Source of the DNA: Eledone cirrhosa
Taxonomy: Eukaryota
Assembly: GCA_964016885.1 (NCBI GenBank)
Contig: OZ024764.1
Location: 1,550,001 to 1,614,000 of the forward strand
Reading direction: 5' to 3'
Length of the DNA: 64,000 nt
The notes below the pieces were generated by a model. That model worked only from the letters and a program-made list of their open reading frames with translations, did no database searches and was not told the DNA's origin. Both the position numbers and the translations under genes were made by a program. Of this stretch, positions 1-16,247 are shown in pieces. Position 1 is the stretch's first letter; each line of letters starts with the position of its first letter.

Positions 1-467
1 GCCAATCCACTACATAATTTATCTACTAAATTTTGTAGCTGTTGATTAAACATAGATATTCTTATATATAATGATTGCTTATTTTAAGATTCACTTCTTT
101 TAACATTTTCAAAGGTCAACACTTCCAGTTAGCGATGGTTTAAATAAACGTTTATATATTTCCGTCACTAATTTTCTCCTAATCCAGTTTATATATAATA
201 TCATATTTGTTAAATGTATCATGGATTACATTACTGATTACATAAGACAGTGTAACACAGTCTCTCTTCAATTTCTGTGTATATTGTCAATTATGATTTT
301 ATTTGATGTATCATATCTACATGTATATATACTTGTGTATAATATCAATATACACACTACACATGTATCATATCTACATGTATATATACTTGTGTATAAT
401 ATCAATATACACACTACACTTGTTAGCAGAAAACCACCCTAAGCGTGGTTTTTTCTGCTAGTCATCA

Positions 468-1063
468 TCTATATATATAAAACTGAGGATGTCTGTCTGT
501 GTGTGTGTGAGTTTGAATTCCTAAAACTCGAGAACCACCCAACCGACTGTTTTCAAACTTTACACATGTAATACTTATGTTTCAGGGAGTGTTCTGAGCA
601 AAAGAAATTTCAAATTTTCCATGCCCTAGGGACCACATTAGGCGATTTAGCCATCTCTCTCTATAATTCTTAGTCTTTCTCTTTTTAGATAGATACATAT
701 AACGTCGCACCCTTATAATATCTGTCTGTATGTCTGGCTGTCTGCATTACGTCACTTCTTACAATTCGCTCTGCGTCCAGAACGCGCCCTTATAATATCT
801 GTCTGTATGTCTGGCTGTCTGCTGCCTCCGGTTATTCTGCCACCCTTGCTCTAGACAAATCTCACACTCATTCCCCAAACAGTTGGTAAGTGCACACAAC
901 TTCTTCCTCACGTTTTAAGCCACAGTGTTACTTACTTACTTACTTACGTACCATCAGACCCTTACTTCTTTGTCAGCCGTGGTTGTGGCAATACTAAGCT
1001 TAGCTAAGGCGGTTATATATTTCACAATACCTTATCCCGTGCAACGCCGGGTACCACTGCTAG
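468..1063 (+). mobile_element. Non-autonomous Helitron
   Basis: 5' TC(tatatatataaaactgaggatgtctg), 3' hairpin cccgtgcaacgccggg then CTAG, between A and T. Another hairpin plus CTAG end lies at 424-461. Confidence 0.75.
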
Positions 1064-1249
1064 TATATAATGAAAATAAAGTGTGTTCTATGGTTTTAAT
1101 CCAGAGATGGACAATGTAGCTTGCTGCTACATTGCTTCGTCCATCTCTGGGTTAAAAGCATAGCACACACGTTTTCCTCTCTGTTTTTTCTTTACTTGTT
1201 TCCTTAAAGTTTACCATCATTCTGTGGGTATACATCTATTATGCAATAT

Positions 1250-1307
1250 ACACCTGATGAGGTCGTTGGGTTCTTATACAACCTGGCCACTGAAATGTGT
1301 ATAGTGT
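1250..1307 (+). ncRNA. Type I hammerhead ribozyme motif
   Basis: acac-CTGATGA-ggtcgttg...caacctggccact-GAAA-tgtgta-TA-gtgt. Stem I acac/gtgt. AATAAA at 1315. Confidence 0.7.
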
Positions 1308-1939
1308 TTAGAGTAATAAAATATTAAGGAAATTTAACATATGAGCTCCTGCCGTTTTAAGAGCTAAACTGGGTTTTACAGCATCCATTCTGATATATAT
1401 ATATAATGATGAATAGCTCCTGTTTATTTTAACATGTCTATTGAGCACTCTTATTCGATATGTGGTTTCCCACATTACCGAAAATCTTTCGCGGATATAG
1501 AGGTTATCTCCCTTGCTGGATTCCATGTGCGTATCAGCTAGGGTTAGCTTCTTTATTCGTTTGGACAAGACCCGTTGATAAAGTGTTCCGGTCCATCCGC
1601 TCTCTAGAAGTCTTATATATTTTTTTATGTGAGCTGATAGGGGGCGGATTAAGGAATTGCAGAAACCCAAGAAGCTAGATTTACCATCTTTCTAGTGGGT
1701 CCGGGTAAGTTTTTTACATTCATATGAATTATTGATTTATTGATATTTTATCTGAGTGACCTGAATCTTCCTGGTCGTTAATTTTCGGCCGCATGGGTGA
1801 TTTTAGGCATAATCTTTGTGTGTTGGTATTTTAACGATAGTTATAGCTCTGATTTATCTGAATTATTGAGCCCTCTGCCACTCATGTCGGATTTGTTTAT
1901 CGTAAACTCGTGAGCTGATTTTCCGATACTCGATTATTC

Positions 1940-1986
<47 letters not shown>

Positions 1987-2353
1987 GAAGTTCTATTTAA
2001 ATTGTTGGGATACAAGAAGCAAATATTTTTATAACTGATATAAAGCACTCAACAAATAATTGGAGTAAAAATACGTTTCTCCATTACCCAACGGCTTATT
2101 TAAATCTACTCTCATTTAAAAATATCCAATACTAATTTACATAATAGACTAAATAAATTTATAACTCCACTATCCGGGAGCTTCCAACAGAAATGGTCGC
2201 ATTCTTTAAGGGTATGTCAATATTTATTTATAAAACTGCTCTATATTATATTTTATCTAATGAAAGCACACCATAATTTAACTTGGTGTCCTTGAAATAT
2301 GTATAATGAAATAAATATGGTTTTATAAATATAGTTTCCATTTGTTAATATCG

Positions 2354-2384
<31 letters not shown>

Positions 2385-2913
2385 TATTTTCCGTTGTGTT
2401 GTAATATAAATATTACACACTATGTATTTTGTAGAGGTGTGCAAATATATTTGTGTGTGAATGCGTGGGTGAAAGGATACGTACACTTGAAAGAAAAATT
2501 TAAGTCTGAATGTTAATTAAGTGCAAACACAAAACCAACCACGCATATCTTTACTATCTCTAATCCTTCTATAGATTTAGAAAAATAACCAATAATATAT
2601 TCTATAAAAAATGTCAAAACAACAGATGGGAATCTAATTACTCACTGCCACCAAGAATTCTCACTGCTATCGAAAAACCACTCCTTCAACTATTCTTCTA
2701 ACAACTTCACCCCTCCCTCCTAATATTCTCTATAAAAACTAAATAGGTCCTCAGTAATATTATTCTGATGAAATGACAGTAAATAATAACATTGAAATAT
2801 TGAATGTCTGCATAACTAAAAGTTTGTAGATAGCAGCTGTTTTAGGTTATGTAACTGTTATAGAAACACGTGTCAATAAATTCCTTTCAACTAAACTGTA
2901 TCCATTCAAATCT

Positions 2914-2965
<52 letters not shown>

Positions 2966-3870
2966 GGAAAAAATGAAACAAAATTTCATTTCTCACTCTT
3001 AGTACGGCTGTTACTTAAATATAAGATGTATATGTACATACATATATGTATACAGACATACAGTAGTATGTATATATATATATATATATATACTACTGTA
3101 CGTCTGTATACATATATGTATGTACGTATACATACTTATATATATATATGTATGTATACATATATATATATACATATATATATGCATATATATATATATA
3201 TATATATATATCATCATAATCATTTTATGTCCGCTTCTCCCTGCTTGCAAGGGTGGGACGGGAACTGATTTTGGCTTGATTTCTACAGCTGAGTAAACTG
3301 GAGCAATGTGAAATAAAGTGTCTTGCTCATGGAAACAACACATCACCTGGTCTGAGAATTGAACTCACAACCTTTTGATTGCAAGGCCAATACTCTAACC
3401 ACTAAGCCATGTGCCATCCATCATATATATGTGTATATATATATATATATCATCAGCGTTTTACGTCTGTTCTTCTACGCTAGCATGGGTTAGACAGGTT
3501 GTCCTGTTGTGGGCAGAGTCTGGTCGGCTGACCATGCCCTGCTCATACGGGAACTGATTCTGGCTTGATTTCTACAGCTGGATGCCCTTCCTAACACCAA
3601 CCTCACGCAAAACATGGGCAGAGGTGGTGAGAGCTGACTTCAGATGGCTGAATATCACAGAGGAGATGATGAAAAATATATTCTGGACACAGTCCCAGAC
3701 TCCTTACTTTATTATATTATAGATATGTATATATATATATATATAATGTGTTCATTGGAGGTAACCACAGTAAGGTACTCAATACATAACAGAGTATAAA
3801 TATTTAATATAGCTTATATGGCTTCTACAGGACTAGAACTGATTCATTCGGGAGAAATCACCAGGAAAGC

Positions 3871-3918
3871 CTTTCCTGATGATTTCTTTCGAATGAAACA
3901 GTTCTAGTCCTGTAGAAG
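3871..3918 (+). ncRNA. Type I hammerhead motif (mutated inverted copy at ~3819-3870)
   Basis: ctttc-CTGATGA-tttctttcgaat-GAAA-cagttctagtcctg-TA-gaag. Confidence 0.7.
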
Positions 3919-3942
3919 CCATTTCTATATTAAATATATATT

Positions 3943-4588
3943 TCTATATAAAACTGAGGATGTCTGTCTGTCTGTGTGTGTGTGTCTGTGAGTTTGAATC
4001 CCTAAAACTCGAGAAATACCCCACCAATGTTTTTCAGACTTTTCATGTGTATTACTTATGTTTCAGGGAGTCTTATGCACATAAAACAATTCAGCTTTTT
4101 GATCCTCTGGGGCCCGCATCAGGTGAAACACTGCGTTTTTTCAGGTTTTTAGGGGTTTTTTGAGGCGTTATGTCAGACCGATTTCCTTGAAATTGTAACT
4201 ATGTATTAGTCAGTCTCTTCTTCATACCGTGAGCAAAGAAAATCCAACTTTTTTTATGGCCTAGGGCGCGCATTAGGTGAAAAATTTCATTTTTTTCAGC
4301 ATTTTAGGGCTTTTTTGAGGCGTTACGTCTAGCCGATTTTCACGAATTTCAAGGCACATTAAGCACATAAAAAAAATTCATTTTCTTGATCCCCTAGGGC
4401 TCGCATTAGGTTAAAACCTGCCTTTTTCCTGCTTCATCGAGGAAAATCTTAAAGATTATCCAGCCATCAGAGTATTTGGTTTATTTTCTTTACATATTGT
4501 CCAGGCATGCAGTTTTTCCACGATTAGGTCTGTTGGTGGCCCGTGTTCAAAATACCTTATCCCGTGCAACGCCGGGTACCACTGCTGG
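3943..4588 (+). mobile_element. Non-autonomous Helitron, same family as 468-1063
   Basis: Same 5' end, same 3' hairpin, ends in CTGG, different interior. Confidence 0.72.
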
Positions 4589-5314
4589 TATATATATATC
4601 ATCATCATCATCATCATCAACGTTTAACGTCCGTGTTCCACGCTTGCATGGGTTTGGACGGGGGTAGTCCCACTTGAGGCAAGAGTGATTGTCTTGCTCG
4701 CATAGGACTGTCTGGCAGGTTTTCTACAGTTGGATGCCCTTCCTAACACCAACCACATTTACAGTGTGGGTCTGGGAGGTTTTTACCGTGTTGCCTACAC
4801 GGCCACATTACAGCGTGGACTGTGTGTTTTTTTGTCGTGACACCTACACGATCTCATTTGTTTCGGCCTCGATGGCGCGGCACCAACATAACTTTACATA
4901 GAACGGGGTGGTGTGGATCGGGTGGGGGTGGGGGTGGTGGGACGGGGTGTATTTTGTTAGAGATGCCTACTGGCTGGAGTAGGTTTTACTATATATTTAG
5001 GTAAGGCGGGTCTTCTCTGTTACTGAGTACCGCCAAAGGTCTCGGTCCAGTGACATTGTCTTGGAGAGGTGTAAGTGTGTGATGTCGGAGTTTATCAGCT
5101 CGTCCCAGGTTTTTCTAGGTCTGCCTTATATATATATATATATATATATAAGGAAAAAATGATACAAAATTTCCTTTCTCTCTCTTAGTACGGCAGTTAC
5201 TTAAATGTAAGTATGTGTGTATAAAACATTTACGAGAGTGACTAGCATGTGACACATAGAGAAAACACATTCAGCCCCACAGGATGTAAAAATGTAATTT
5301 ATACGCACATATAG

Positions 5315-6800
<1,486 letters not shown>

Positions 6801-7011
6801 TATTTCGTTTCTGAATTTGTTTAGCAAGATTCTTTATCTGAAATCGTGTGTTGAAACCGATATTGTTATACTTTGGGAGGGTCATGTTGCCAATAAGAAA
6901 CACACGCACCAGTTGCTTTCACTTCAATTTATTATAATTTATAATAAATTTATAAATTTATAAATTTCTGGTTGGTTGGTTGGTTCCACAACCAGATAGT
7001 TGTTTATATAT

Positions 7012-7056
7012 AGTCATAGTTCTTTCGTCACACACTCTGTGACCTCTTCAGTGACT
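7012..7056 (-). ncRNA. Type I hammerhead motif
   Basis: Reverse complement: agtca-CTGAAGA-ggtcacagagtgtgtgac-GAAA-gaac-TA-tgact. Confidence 0.75.
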
Positions 7057-7321
7057 GGGCATTCCTTTCTTTGTTTCTGTGCCTCTCCTTTGTTCTGTCC
7101 TACGCCATTTTGTTTCTGTGTGTGTGTTGTGTGCTCAGTCTGCGCATACATATATATATGCATACATATATATATATATATATATACATATATGTATATA
7201 TATATACATACATACACATGCACCCATGTATATACACATATACATATACATATGCACATGTGTATATACATATTTACACACTTGTGGGTGGGCGTTGACT
7301 CTCATGAATTCTTCCGCCCTT

Positions 7322-7372
<51 letters not shown>

Positions 7373-7406
7373 GTATACATACACATATACATATGTACAT
7401 ATACAT

Positions 7407-7444
<38 letters not shown>

Positions 7445-7585
7445 ATTTCTCATGAATGAAACAGTTCTAGTCCTGTAGAAGCTCTTCTATATTAAAACTT
7501 TTATACTCTGCTATGTATTGAGTACCTTACTTACTGTGGTTACCTCCGATTCAACCCGGAATAACTTACATATATATATATATAT

Positions 7586-8039
7586 GGAGGCACATGGCTT
7601 AGAGGTTAGAGCATTGGCCTTACAATCGAAAGGTTGTGAGTTCAATTCTCAGACCGGGTGATGTGTTGTTTCCTTGAGCAAGACACTTTATTTCACATTG
7701 CTCCAGTTTACTCAGCTGTAGAAATGAGATGATAGAGACTGGGGTCCCTATCATTCCACTGATTCTGGCTTGATTTCTACAGCTGGATGCTCTTCCTAAC
7801 ACCAACCTCATTTACAGTGAGTGCTGGGTGCTTTTTTGCCGTGGCACCTCCACGACCACTTTGCAGTGGAATGATAGGGACCCCAGTCCCTATCATCTCA
7901 TTTCTACAACTGAGTAAACTGGAGCAATGTGAAATAAAGTGTCTTGCTCAAGGAAACAACACATCACCCGGTCTGAGAATTGAACTCCCAACCTTTCGTT
8001 TGCAAGCCCAATGCTCTAACCACTAAGCCATGTGCCTCC
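7586..8039. mobile_element. Two SINE family A copies fused in inverted orientation
   Basis: Head at 7586 on + and head at 8039 on -, joined at ~7760. Confidence 0.8.
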
Positions 8040-8369
8040 ATTCACACACACACACACACATATATATATATAATTGTTTCTACTTTTGGCACAAGGCCAT
8101 CAAACACTCAGTGTATTACTGGTACTCAATAAAATAAAGCACCAGTAATACACTGGGTATTTGCTGGCCTTGTTCCAAAAGTAGAAACAATTATATATAT
8201 ATATTTGTGTGTGTGAATGTGTATAATTTCTCCCCCTCCCCCCTATCTCCCTCTCTCTATCCCTCTCCTCTCCCTCCCTCCCTCCCTCTCTATCTGTCTG
8301 TCTGTTGCTTTAGGTGTGAAAAACAATCTTCATGTGAAATATTTGGTTAAAATTCCCAGATTTTACCAG

Positions 8370-8411
<42 letters not shown>

Positions 8412-8496
8412 CACGACTACTACTACTACTACTCCTACTACTACTACTACTACCACGACTACTACTACTACTACTACCACTACTATAAACTACTAG

Positions 8497-8541
<45 letters not shown>

Positions 8542-8564
8542 CACGACTACTACTACTACTACTC

Positions 8565-8613
<49 letters not shown>

Positions 8614-8632
8614 CACTACTATAAACTACTAG

Positions 8633-8683
<51 letters not shown>

Positions 8684-8725
8684 CACGACTACTACTACTA
8701 CTACTCCTACTACTATTACTACTAG

Positions 8726-8768
<43 letters not shown>

Positions 8769-8806
8769 GCTACTACTCCTACTACTATTACTACTCCTAC
8801 TACTAT

Positions 8807-8842
<36 letters not shown>

Positions 8843-10245
8843 CACTACTATAAACTACTACTACTACTATTACTACTACCACTACTATAAACTACTAGCA
8901 CTACTATAAACTACTACTACTATTACTACTACTACCATGGCTACTACTACCACCACTACTACTGCTACTACTACCACTACCACCACTACTACTACCACCA
9001 CCACCACCACCACCACTACTACTACTACTACTACCACCACCACCACTACTACCACTACCACCACTACTACTACTACCTCTACTACCACCACCACCACTAC
9101 CACTACTACCACCACCACTACCACCACCACCATCACTACTACCACCATCACCTCCACTACTACTACCACCACCACCACTACTACCACTACCACCACCACC
9201 ACTACTACCACCACCACCACCACTACCACTACCACCACCACCACTACTACCACCACCACCACTACCACTACCACCACCACCACTACTACCACCACCACCA
9301 CTACCACTACCACCACCACCACTACTACCACCACCACCACTACTACCACTACCACTACCACCACCACCACTACTACCACCACCACCACTACCACTACCAC
9401 CACCACCACTACTACCACCATCACCTCCACTACTACTACCACTACCACCCCCACCACCAATACTGTCACCACCACCACTACCACTACAACTACCACCACT
9501 ACTACCACCACCACCACCACCACCACTACTACCACCACCACCACTACTACTACCACTACCCCCCCCCCCCAAACACTAATTATTTTCTCTAATTGATTAT
9601 ATTTTCATTAGCTGACAGACAACAACAACCTGGTATGATTAATTACCATGGTAATGGGAGATGATCTTTTGAAATGACCAACACACCACCACTACACCAC
9701 ACCATACCGCACCGCTACACCACACCACTACACCACACCATACCACCGCACCACTACACCACTACACCACACCACCACACCATACCACCACACTACACCA
9801 CACCATACCACCACACCACTACACCACACCATACCACCACACAACACTGCCACTACACCACACCGCCACTACACTACACCACCACACCATACCACCACAC
9901 CATACCACCACACCACTACACCACACCATACCACCACACCACACCGCCACTACACCACACCGCCACTACACTACACCACCACACCATACCACCACACCAC
10001 ACCACTACACCACTACACCACACAATACCACCACACCACTACACCACACCATACCACCACACCACACCGCCACTACACCACACCACTACACCACACCATA
10101 CCACCACACCATACCACCACACCATACCACCACACCACACCACCACTGCTACATCACCACCGCTACACCACCACCGCCACCATGCAACACACCACATCAC
10201 CAATACCATACAACACAACACACCACCACCAACACCCTCCACCCC
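8370..10245. repeat. (ACT)n/(ACC)n/(CAC)n simple repeats
   Basis: Direct inspection. Similar tracts at 13490-14050, 14980-16030, 19320-19910, 28130-28840 and 47040-48620. Confidence 0.95.
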
Positions 10246-10391
10246 TTGATATTTTAAAATTCCACCCTACAGCCCTTCATCCACCATGGGCCTCTTCCAG
10301 GCCACAGCTCCTGTATTGAAGATCTATCTCTAATATATAGGTCCCACTGTCAGGATCAATATCCCCAGGAAGTTTATTTAGTGTCATTTAA

Positions 10392-13349
10392 CCCTTTAGC
10401 ATTTATACCAGCCATATCCGGCCAGAATTCTCTCACCTCTTTCTGTTCAAACCAGCCTTAACTGGCCACTCATACTGATGTTAAGGTGTTGTTCTTAAAA
10501 TAAATAATGTCACAATCTCATAGATTCAATATTATGTGAGATATTATGTGAGGTAAAGCCTTTACTGTAAAAATACAATAGTATATATAGAGTAATGTAA
10601 ATATGTGAGATATTATGTGAGGTAAAGCCTTTACTGTGAAAATACAATAGTATATATAGAGTAATGTAAATGTTATGTGAGATATTATGTGAGGTAAAGC
10701 CTTTACTGTGAAAATACAATAGTATATATAGAGTACTGTAAATGTTATGTGAGATATTATGTGAGGTAGAGCCTTTACTGTGAAAATACAATAGTATATA
10801 TAGAGTAATGTAAATGTTATGTAAGATATTATGTGAGGTAAAGCCTTTACTGTGAAAATACAATAGTATATATAGAGTAATGTAAATGTTATGTGAGATA
10901 TTATGTGAGGTAAAGCCTTTACTGTGAAAATACAATAGTATATATAGAGTAATGTAAATGTTATGTGAGATATTATGTGAGGTAGAGCCTTTACTGTGAA
11001 AATACAATAGTATATATAGAGTAATGTAAATGTTATGTGAGGTATTATGTGAGGTAAAGCCTTTACTGTGACAATATAATAGTATATATAGAGTAATGTA
11101 AATGTTATGTGAGATATTATGTGAGGTAAAGCCTTTACTGTGAAAATACAATAGTATATATATAGAGTAATGTAAATGTTATGTGAGATATTATGTGAGG
11201 TAAAGCCTTTACTGTGAAAATACAATAGTATATATAGAGTAATGTAAATGGTATGTGAGGTATTATGTGAGGTAAAGCCTTTACTGTGAAAATACAATAG
11301 TATATATAGAGTAATGTAAATGTTATGTGAGATATTATGTGAGGTAAAGCCTTTACTGTGAAAATACAATAGTATATATAGAGTAATGTAAATGTTATGT
11401 GAGATATTATGTGAGGTAGAGCCTTTACTGTGAAAATACAATAGTATATATAGAGTAATGTAAATGTTATGTGAGGTATTATGTGAGGTAAAGCCTTTAC
11501 TGTGACAATACAATAGTATATATATAGAGTAATGTAAATGTTATGTGAGATATTATGTGAGGTAGAGCCTTTACTGTGAAAATACAATAGTATATATAGA
11601 GTAATGTAAATGTTATGTGAGGTATTATGTGAGGTAAAGCCTTTACTGTGACAATATAATAGTATATATAGAGTAATGTAAATGTTATGTGAGATATTAT
11701 GTGAGGTAAAGCCTTTACTGTGAAAATACAATAGTATATATATAGAGTAATGTAAATGTTATGTGAGATATTATGTGAGGTAAAGCCTTTACTGTGAAAA
11801 TACAATAGTATATATAGAGTAATGTAAATGGTATGTGAGGTATTATGTGAGGTAAAGCCTTTACTGTGAAAATACAATAGTATATATAGAGTAATGTAAA
11901 TGTTATGTGAGATATTATGTGAGGTAAAGCCTTTACTGTGAAAATACAATAGTATATATAGAGTAATGTAAATGTTATGTGAGATATTATGTGAGGTAGA
12001 GCCTTTACTGTGAAAATACAATAGTATATATAGAGTAATGTAAATGTTATGTGAGGTATTATGTGAGGTAAAGCCTTTACTGTGACAATATAATAGTATA
12101 TATAGAGTAATGTAAATGTTATGTGAGATATTATGTGAGGTAAAGCCTTTACTGTGAAAATACAATAGTATATATATAGAGTAATGTAAATGTTATGTGA
12201 GATATTATGTGAGGTAAAGCCTTTACTGTGAAAATACAATAGTATATATAGAGTAATGTAAATGGTATGTGAGGTATTATGTGAGGTAAAGCCTTTACTG
12301 TGAAAATACAATAGTATATATAGAGTAATGTAAATGTTATGTGAGATATTATGTGAGGTAAAGCCTTTACTGTGAAAATACAATAGTATATATAGAGTAA
12401 TGTAAATGTTATGTGAGATATTATGTGAGGTAGAGCCTTTACTGTGAAAATACAATAGTATATATAGAGTAATGTAAATGTTATGTGAGATATTATGTGA
12501 GGTAAAGCTTTTACTGTGAAAATACAATAGTATATATAGAGTAATGTAAATGTTATGTGAGATATTATGTGAGGTAAAGCCTTTACTGTGAAAATACAAT
12601 AGTATATATAGAGTAATGTAAATGGTATGTGAGGTATTATGTGAGGTAAAGCCTTTACTGTGAAAATACAATAGTATATATAGAGTAATGTAAATGGTAT
12701 GTGAGATATTATGTGAGGTAAAGCCTTTACTGTGAAAATACAATAGTATATATAGAGTAATGTAAATGTTATGTGAGATATTATGTAAGGTAAAGCCTTT
12801 ACTGTGAAAATACAATAGTATATATAGAGTAATGTAAATGGTATGTGAGATATTATGTGAGGTAAAGCCTTTACTGTGAAAATACAATAGTATATATAGA
12901 GTAACGTAAATGTTATGTGAGATATTATGTGAGGTAAAGCCTTTACTCTGAAAATACAATAGTATATATAGAGTAATGTAAATGGTATGTGAGGTATTAT
13001 GTGAGGTAAAGCCTTTACTGTGAAAATACAATAGTATATATAGAGTAATGTAAATGGTATGTGAGATATTATGTGAGGTAAAGCCTTTACTGTGAAAATA
13101 CAATAGTATATATAGAGTAATGTAAATGTTATGTGAGATATGTAAGGTAAAGCCTTTACTGTGAAAATACAATAGTATATATAGACTAATGTAAATGGTA
13201 TGTGAGATATTATGTGAGGTAAAGCCTTTACTGTGAAAATACAATAGTATATATAGAGTAATGTAAATGTTATGTGAGATATTATGTGAGGTAAAGCTTT
13301 TACTGTGAAAATACAATAGTATATATAGAGTAATGTAAATGGTAAAGGG
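10392..13349. mobile_element. piggyBac-like MITE containing a 72-bp satellite
   Basis: TTAA|ccctttagcattta ... taaatggtaaaggg|TTAA terminal inverted repeats with TTAA flanks. Confidence 0.75.
10530..13345. repeat. 72-bp tandem array (~39 units)
   Basis: Unit ttatgtgagatattatgtgaggtaaagcctttactgtgaaaatacaatagtatatatagagtaatgtaaatg. Confidence 0.95.
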
Positions 13350-13388
13350 TTAATCTTTATCTAATCCATTGTTTATTTGTTGTTGCAG

Positions 13389-13479
13389 GTGGTTTAACAA
13401 GAATATGAAAAAAAGTGGTAACCGTAAGCAACAGACCATCGCAAACATGCAGGAGTATTACACGGCAATGGTTGCTGGG
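13389..13479 (+). CDS. ADAMTS/MIG-17-like M12B metalloprotease, first exon found (catalytic domain, WFNKNMKKSGNRKQQTIANMQEYYTAMVAG)
   Basis: ttgcag acceptor, gtgagt donor, phase 2 to 0. Resembles the helix 'I.QYY..V.G' preceding 'MD.RY' in invertebrate reprolysins. Confidence 0.85.
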
Positions 13480-14054
13480 GTGAGTAAATACTGTTGTTGT
13501 TGGTATTGGTGTTGTGTGGTTGGTGTTGTTGTTGTGGTTAGTGTTGTTGGTGTTGTTGTTGTTGGTGTTGTGTGGTTGGTGTTGTTGGTGTTGTGTGGTT
13601 GGTGTTGGTGTTGTGTGGCTGGTGTTGGTGGTGTTGTGTTGTTGTTGTTGGTGTTTTGTGGTTGGTGTTGGTGTTGTGTGGTTGGTGTTGGTGTTGTGTG
13701 GTTGGTGTTGTTGTTGGTGTTGTGTGGCTGGTGTTGGTGGTGTTGTGTGGTTGTTGTTGGTGTTGTGTGGTTGGTGTTGGTGTTGTGTGGCTGGTGTTGG
13801 TGGTGTTGTGTGGTTGGTGTTGGTGTTGTGTGGTTGGTGTTGGTGTTGTGTGGTTGGTGTGCTGGTGTTGTTGGTGTTGTTGGTGTTGTGTTGTTGTTGT
13901 TGGAGTTGTTGTATGGTTGGTGTTGTGTGGTTGTTGTTGGTGTTGTATGGTTGGTGTTGTGTGGTTGTTGTTGGTGTTGTTGTATGGTTGGTGTTGTGTG
14001 GTTGTTGTTGGTGTTGTTGGTGTTGCGTGGTTGGTGTTGTTGTTGGTGTTGGTG

Positions 14055-14435
14055 AACTTTCTATTTGTGTCATGTCCACAAGAGTGTCAGTTACAAAGCT
14101 TGGCCAGATCTGGTTCAGCTGAACACATTGCTGTCCTTTCTCATTAAACTCAGCCAAGTCCAATACAGTGCAGGGGTGTTCCAGTGCTGTGGAGGGCTGT
14201 TCTAATACAGTGCAGGGGTGTTCCAATGCTGTGGAGGGTTCTAATACAGTGCAGGGGTGGTCCAGCAGGAGACATATCAGGAGGTGCTGCGTAGTCTGTG
14301 GTTTGATGCCACAGTCACACACAACGTCTCCAAACTTTAAATATCCTAATGTTGCAAGATTGACTTTTGCATGTCCAACACCAGATCTTAATCTGTTGAG
14401 ACATTTCCGCACAACATAGTTTGTATCTGCTCTAG
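14055..14435 (-). mobile_element. Non-LTR retrotransposon 3' fragment (C-terminal zinc knuckle)
   Basis: NRLRSGVGHAK...CDCG..QTTQHLLIC motif, with short internal duplications. Confidence 0.65.
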
Positions 14436-14444
14436 GGAGGAGGG

Positions 14445-14823
14445 GGGAGCAGTGGCCCACTCACCTTTAGCTCCAGGGGGCAGTGCCTCACTCACCTTTA
14501 GCTCCAGGGGGCAGTGCCTCACTCACCTTTATCTCCAGGAGGCAGTGCTTCACTCACCTTTATCTCCAGGTTGGCAGTGCCTCACTCACCTTTAGCTCCA
14601 GGTGGGGCAGTGCTTCACTCACCTTTAGCTCCAGAGGGCAGTGCTTCACTCACCTTTATCTCCAGGTGGGCAGTGCCTCACTCACCTTTAGCTCCAGGGG
14701 GGCAGTGTTTCACTCACCTTTATCTCCAGGGGGCAGTGTTTCACTCACCTTTATCTCCAGGGGGCAGTGCCTTACTCACCTTTAGCTCCAGTGGGGGCAG
14801 TGCCTCACTCACCTTTAGCTCCA
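14445..14823. repeat. ~30-bp minisatellite
   Basis: Unit gggggcagtgcctcactcacctttagctcca, about 12 copies. Confidence 0.9.
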
Positions 14824-15741
14824 TTGTTGTTACAGATGGGAGGCTGTTAAGTTTTTCTTCCCAGCGAGTGACTCTTTCACTACTTATGTTTGATGTTCCA
14901 AGGGGATGTGACACTCTTTAGGAAACTTTTCCTGGATTTAAGGCAGCTTTTGGCTGGCACATGGCCGAAGGGAGGAGGTTGTTGATGGTGGTGGTGGTGG
15001 TGTTGTTGTTGATGGTGGTGGTGGTGTTGTTGATGGTGGTGGTGGTAGTGTTGTTGTTGTTGATGGTGGTGGTGTTGATGGTGGTGGTGGTGGTGCTGTT
15101 GGTGGTGGTGGTCGTTTTGTTGATGATGGTGGTGGTGGTGTTGGTGGTGGTGGTGGTCGTTTTGTTGTTGATGGTGGTGGTGGTGTTGGTGGTGGTGTTG
15201 TTGATTGTGGTGTTCTTGATGATGGCAGTGGTGTTGTTGTTGGTGTTGATGATGTTTAAACCGGCTGTATCTGGCCAGAATTCTCTCACCTCTTCTGTTC
15301 AAACCGGACATAACCGGCCGCTCATACTGGTGTTAAGGTATTGTACTCAAAATAAATAACATCAAAATCTCAGATTCAGGTCGCTAAATCTCTTGTGCTT
15401 CTCCACTCTCTCCACTCCACCATCACCACCACCACCATCACCACCACCACCACCACCACCAGCAACACCCCTCTCCACTCCACCAACATCACCAACACCA
15501 CTTCACCATCACCACTACAACACCACCACCACCACCACTACAACCATACCACCACCACTACACCACCACCACCATCACCACTACAACCACCACCACCACT
15601 ACCACCAACACCACCACTACACCACCACCAACAACAACAGCAACAACACCACCACCACCACTACACCATCACCATCACTCCACCACCACCACTATACCAC
15701 CACCAACAACAACACCACCACCACTACACCATCACCACTAC

Positions 15742-15772
<31 letters not shown>

Positions 15773-16067
15773 CCACCACCACCACTACACCATCACCACC
15801 ACACCACCATCACCACTACACCACCACCACCAACAACAACAACAACACCACCACCACCACCACCACCACTACACCATCACCATCACTCCACCACCAACAA
15901 CAACAACAACACCACCACCACTACACCATCACCATCACTCCACCACCAACAACAACAACACCACCACCACCACTACACCACCACTACACCACCACTACAC
16001 CACCACCAACAACAACAACACCACCACCTCCATTTTCACTGTCATTTGTCTTTTTTTTTTTTTACAG

Positions 16068-16145
16068 ATGGACGCCCGAATGAGGACCTTGACTCTCCCG
16101 AACAGAAAACTTGGAGTAACTCTGGCCGGCTTCTATGTTGATGAG
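16068..16145 (+). CDS. M12B protease exon (MDARMRTLTLPNRKLGVTLAGFYVDE)
   Basis: Poly-T plus acag acceptor, gttagt donor, 78 nt, phase 0 to 0, in frame with neighbours. Confidence 0.85.
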
Positions 16146-16247
16146 GTTAGTATGGTACCCTGCCCCTCCACAGGCAACCCTTCTCACAAAATATAACACG
16201 GTCACTGATTTACATAGCAAGATAGTTAGATACGTATTTAAGACTAT

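Noticed and set aside
2760-2806. CTGATGA...GAAA motif, and similar ones near 31728, 54755 and 57063
   Set aside because: Stem I, the core or the cleavage triplet is broken. Probably decayed hammerheads, so not counted.
7787-8026. Recurrent 79-aa ORF MPFLTPTSFTVSAGCFF...
   Set aside because: Antisense frame of SINE family A, repeated only because the copies are young.
8937-9596. Poly-Thr mucin-like ORF
   Set aside because: Pure (ACT/ACC)n repeat without credible splice sites.
10530-13345. Regular arrays as possible CRISPR
   Set aside because: No unique spacers, no cas genes, eukaryotic context.
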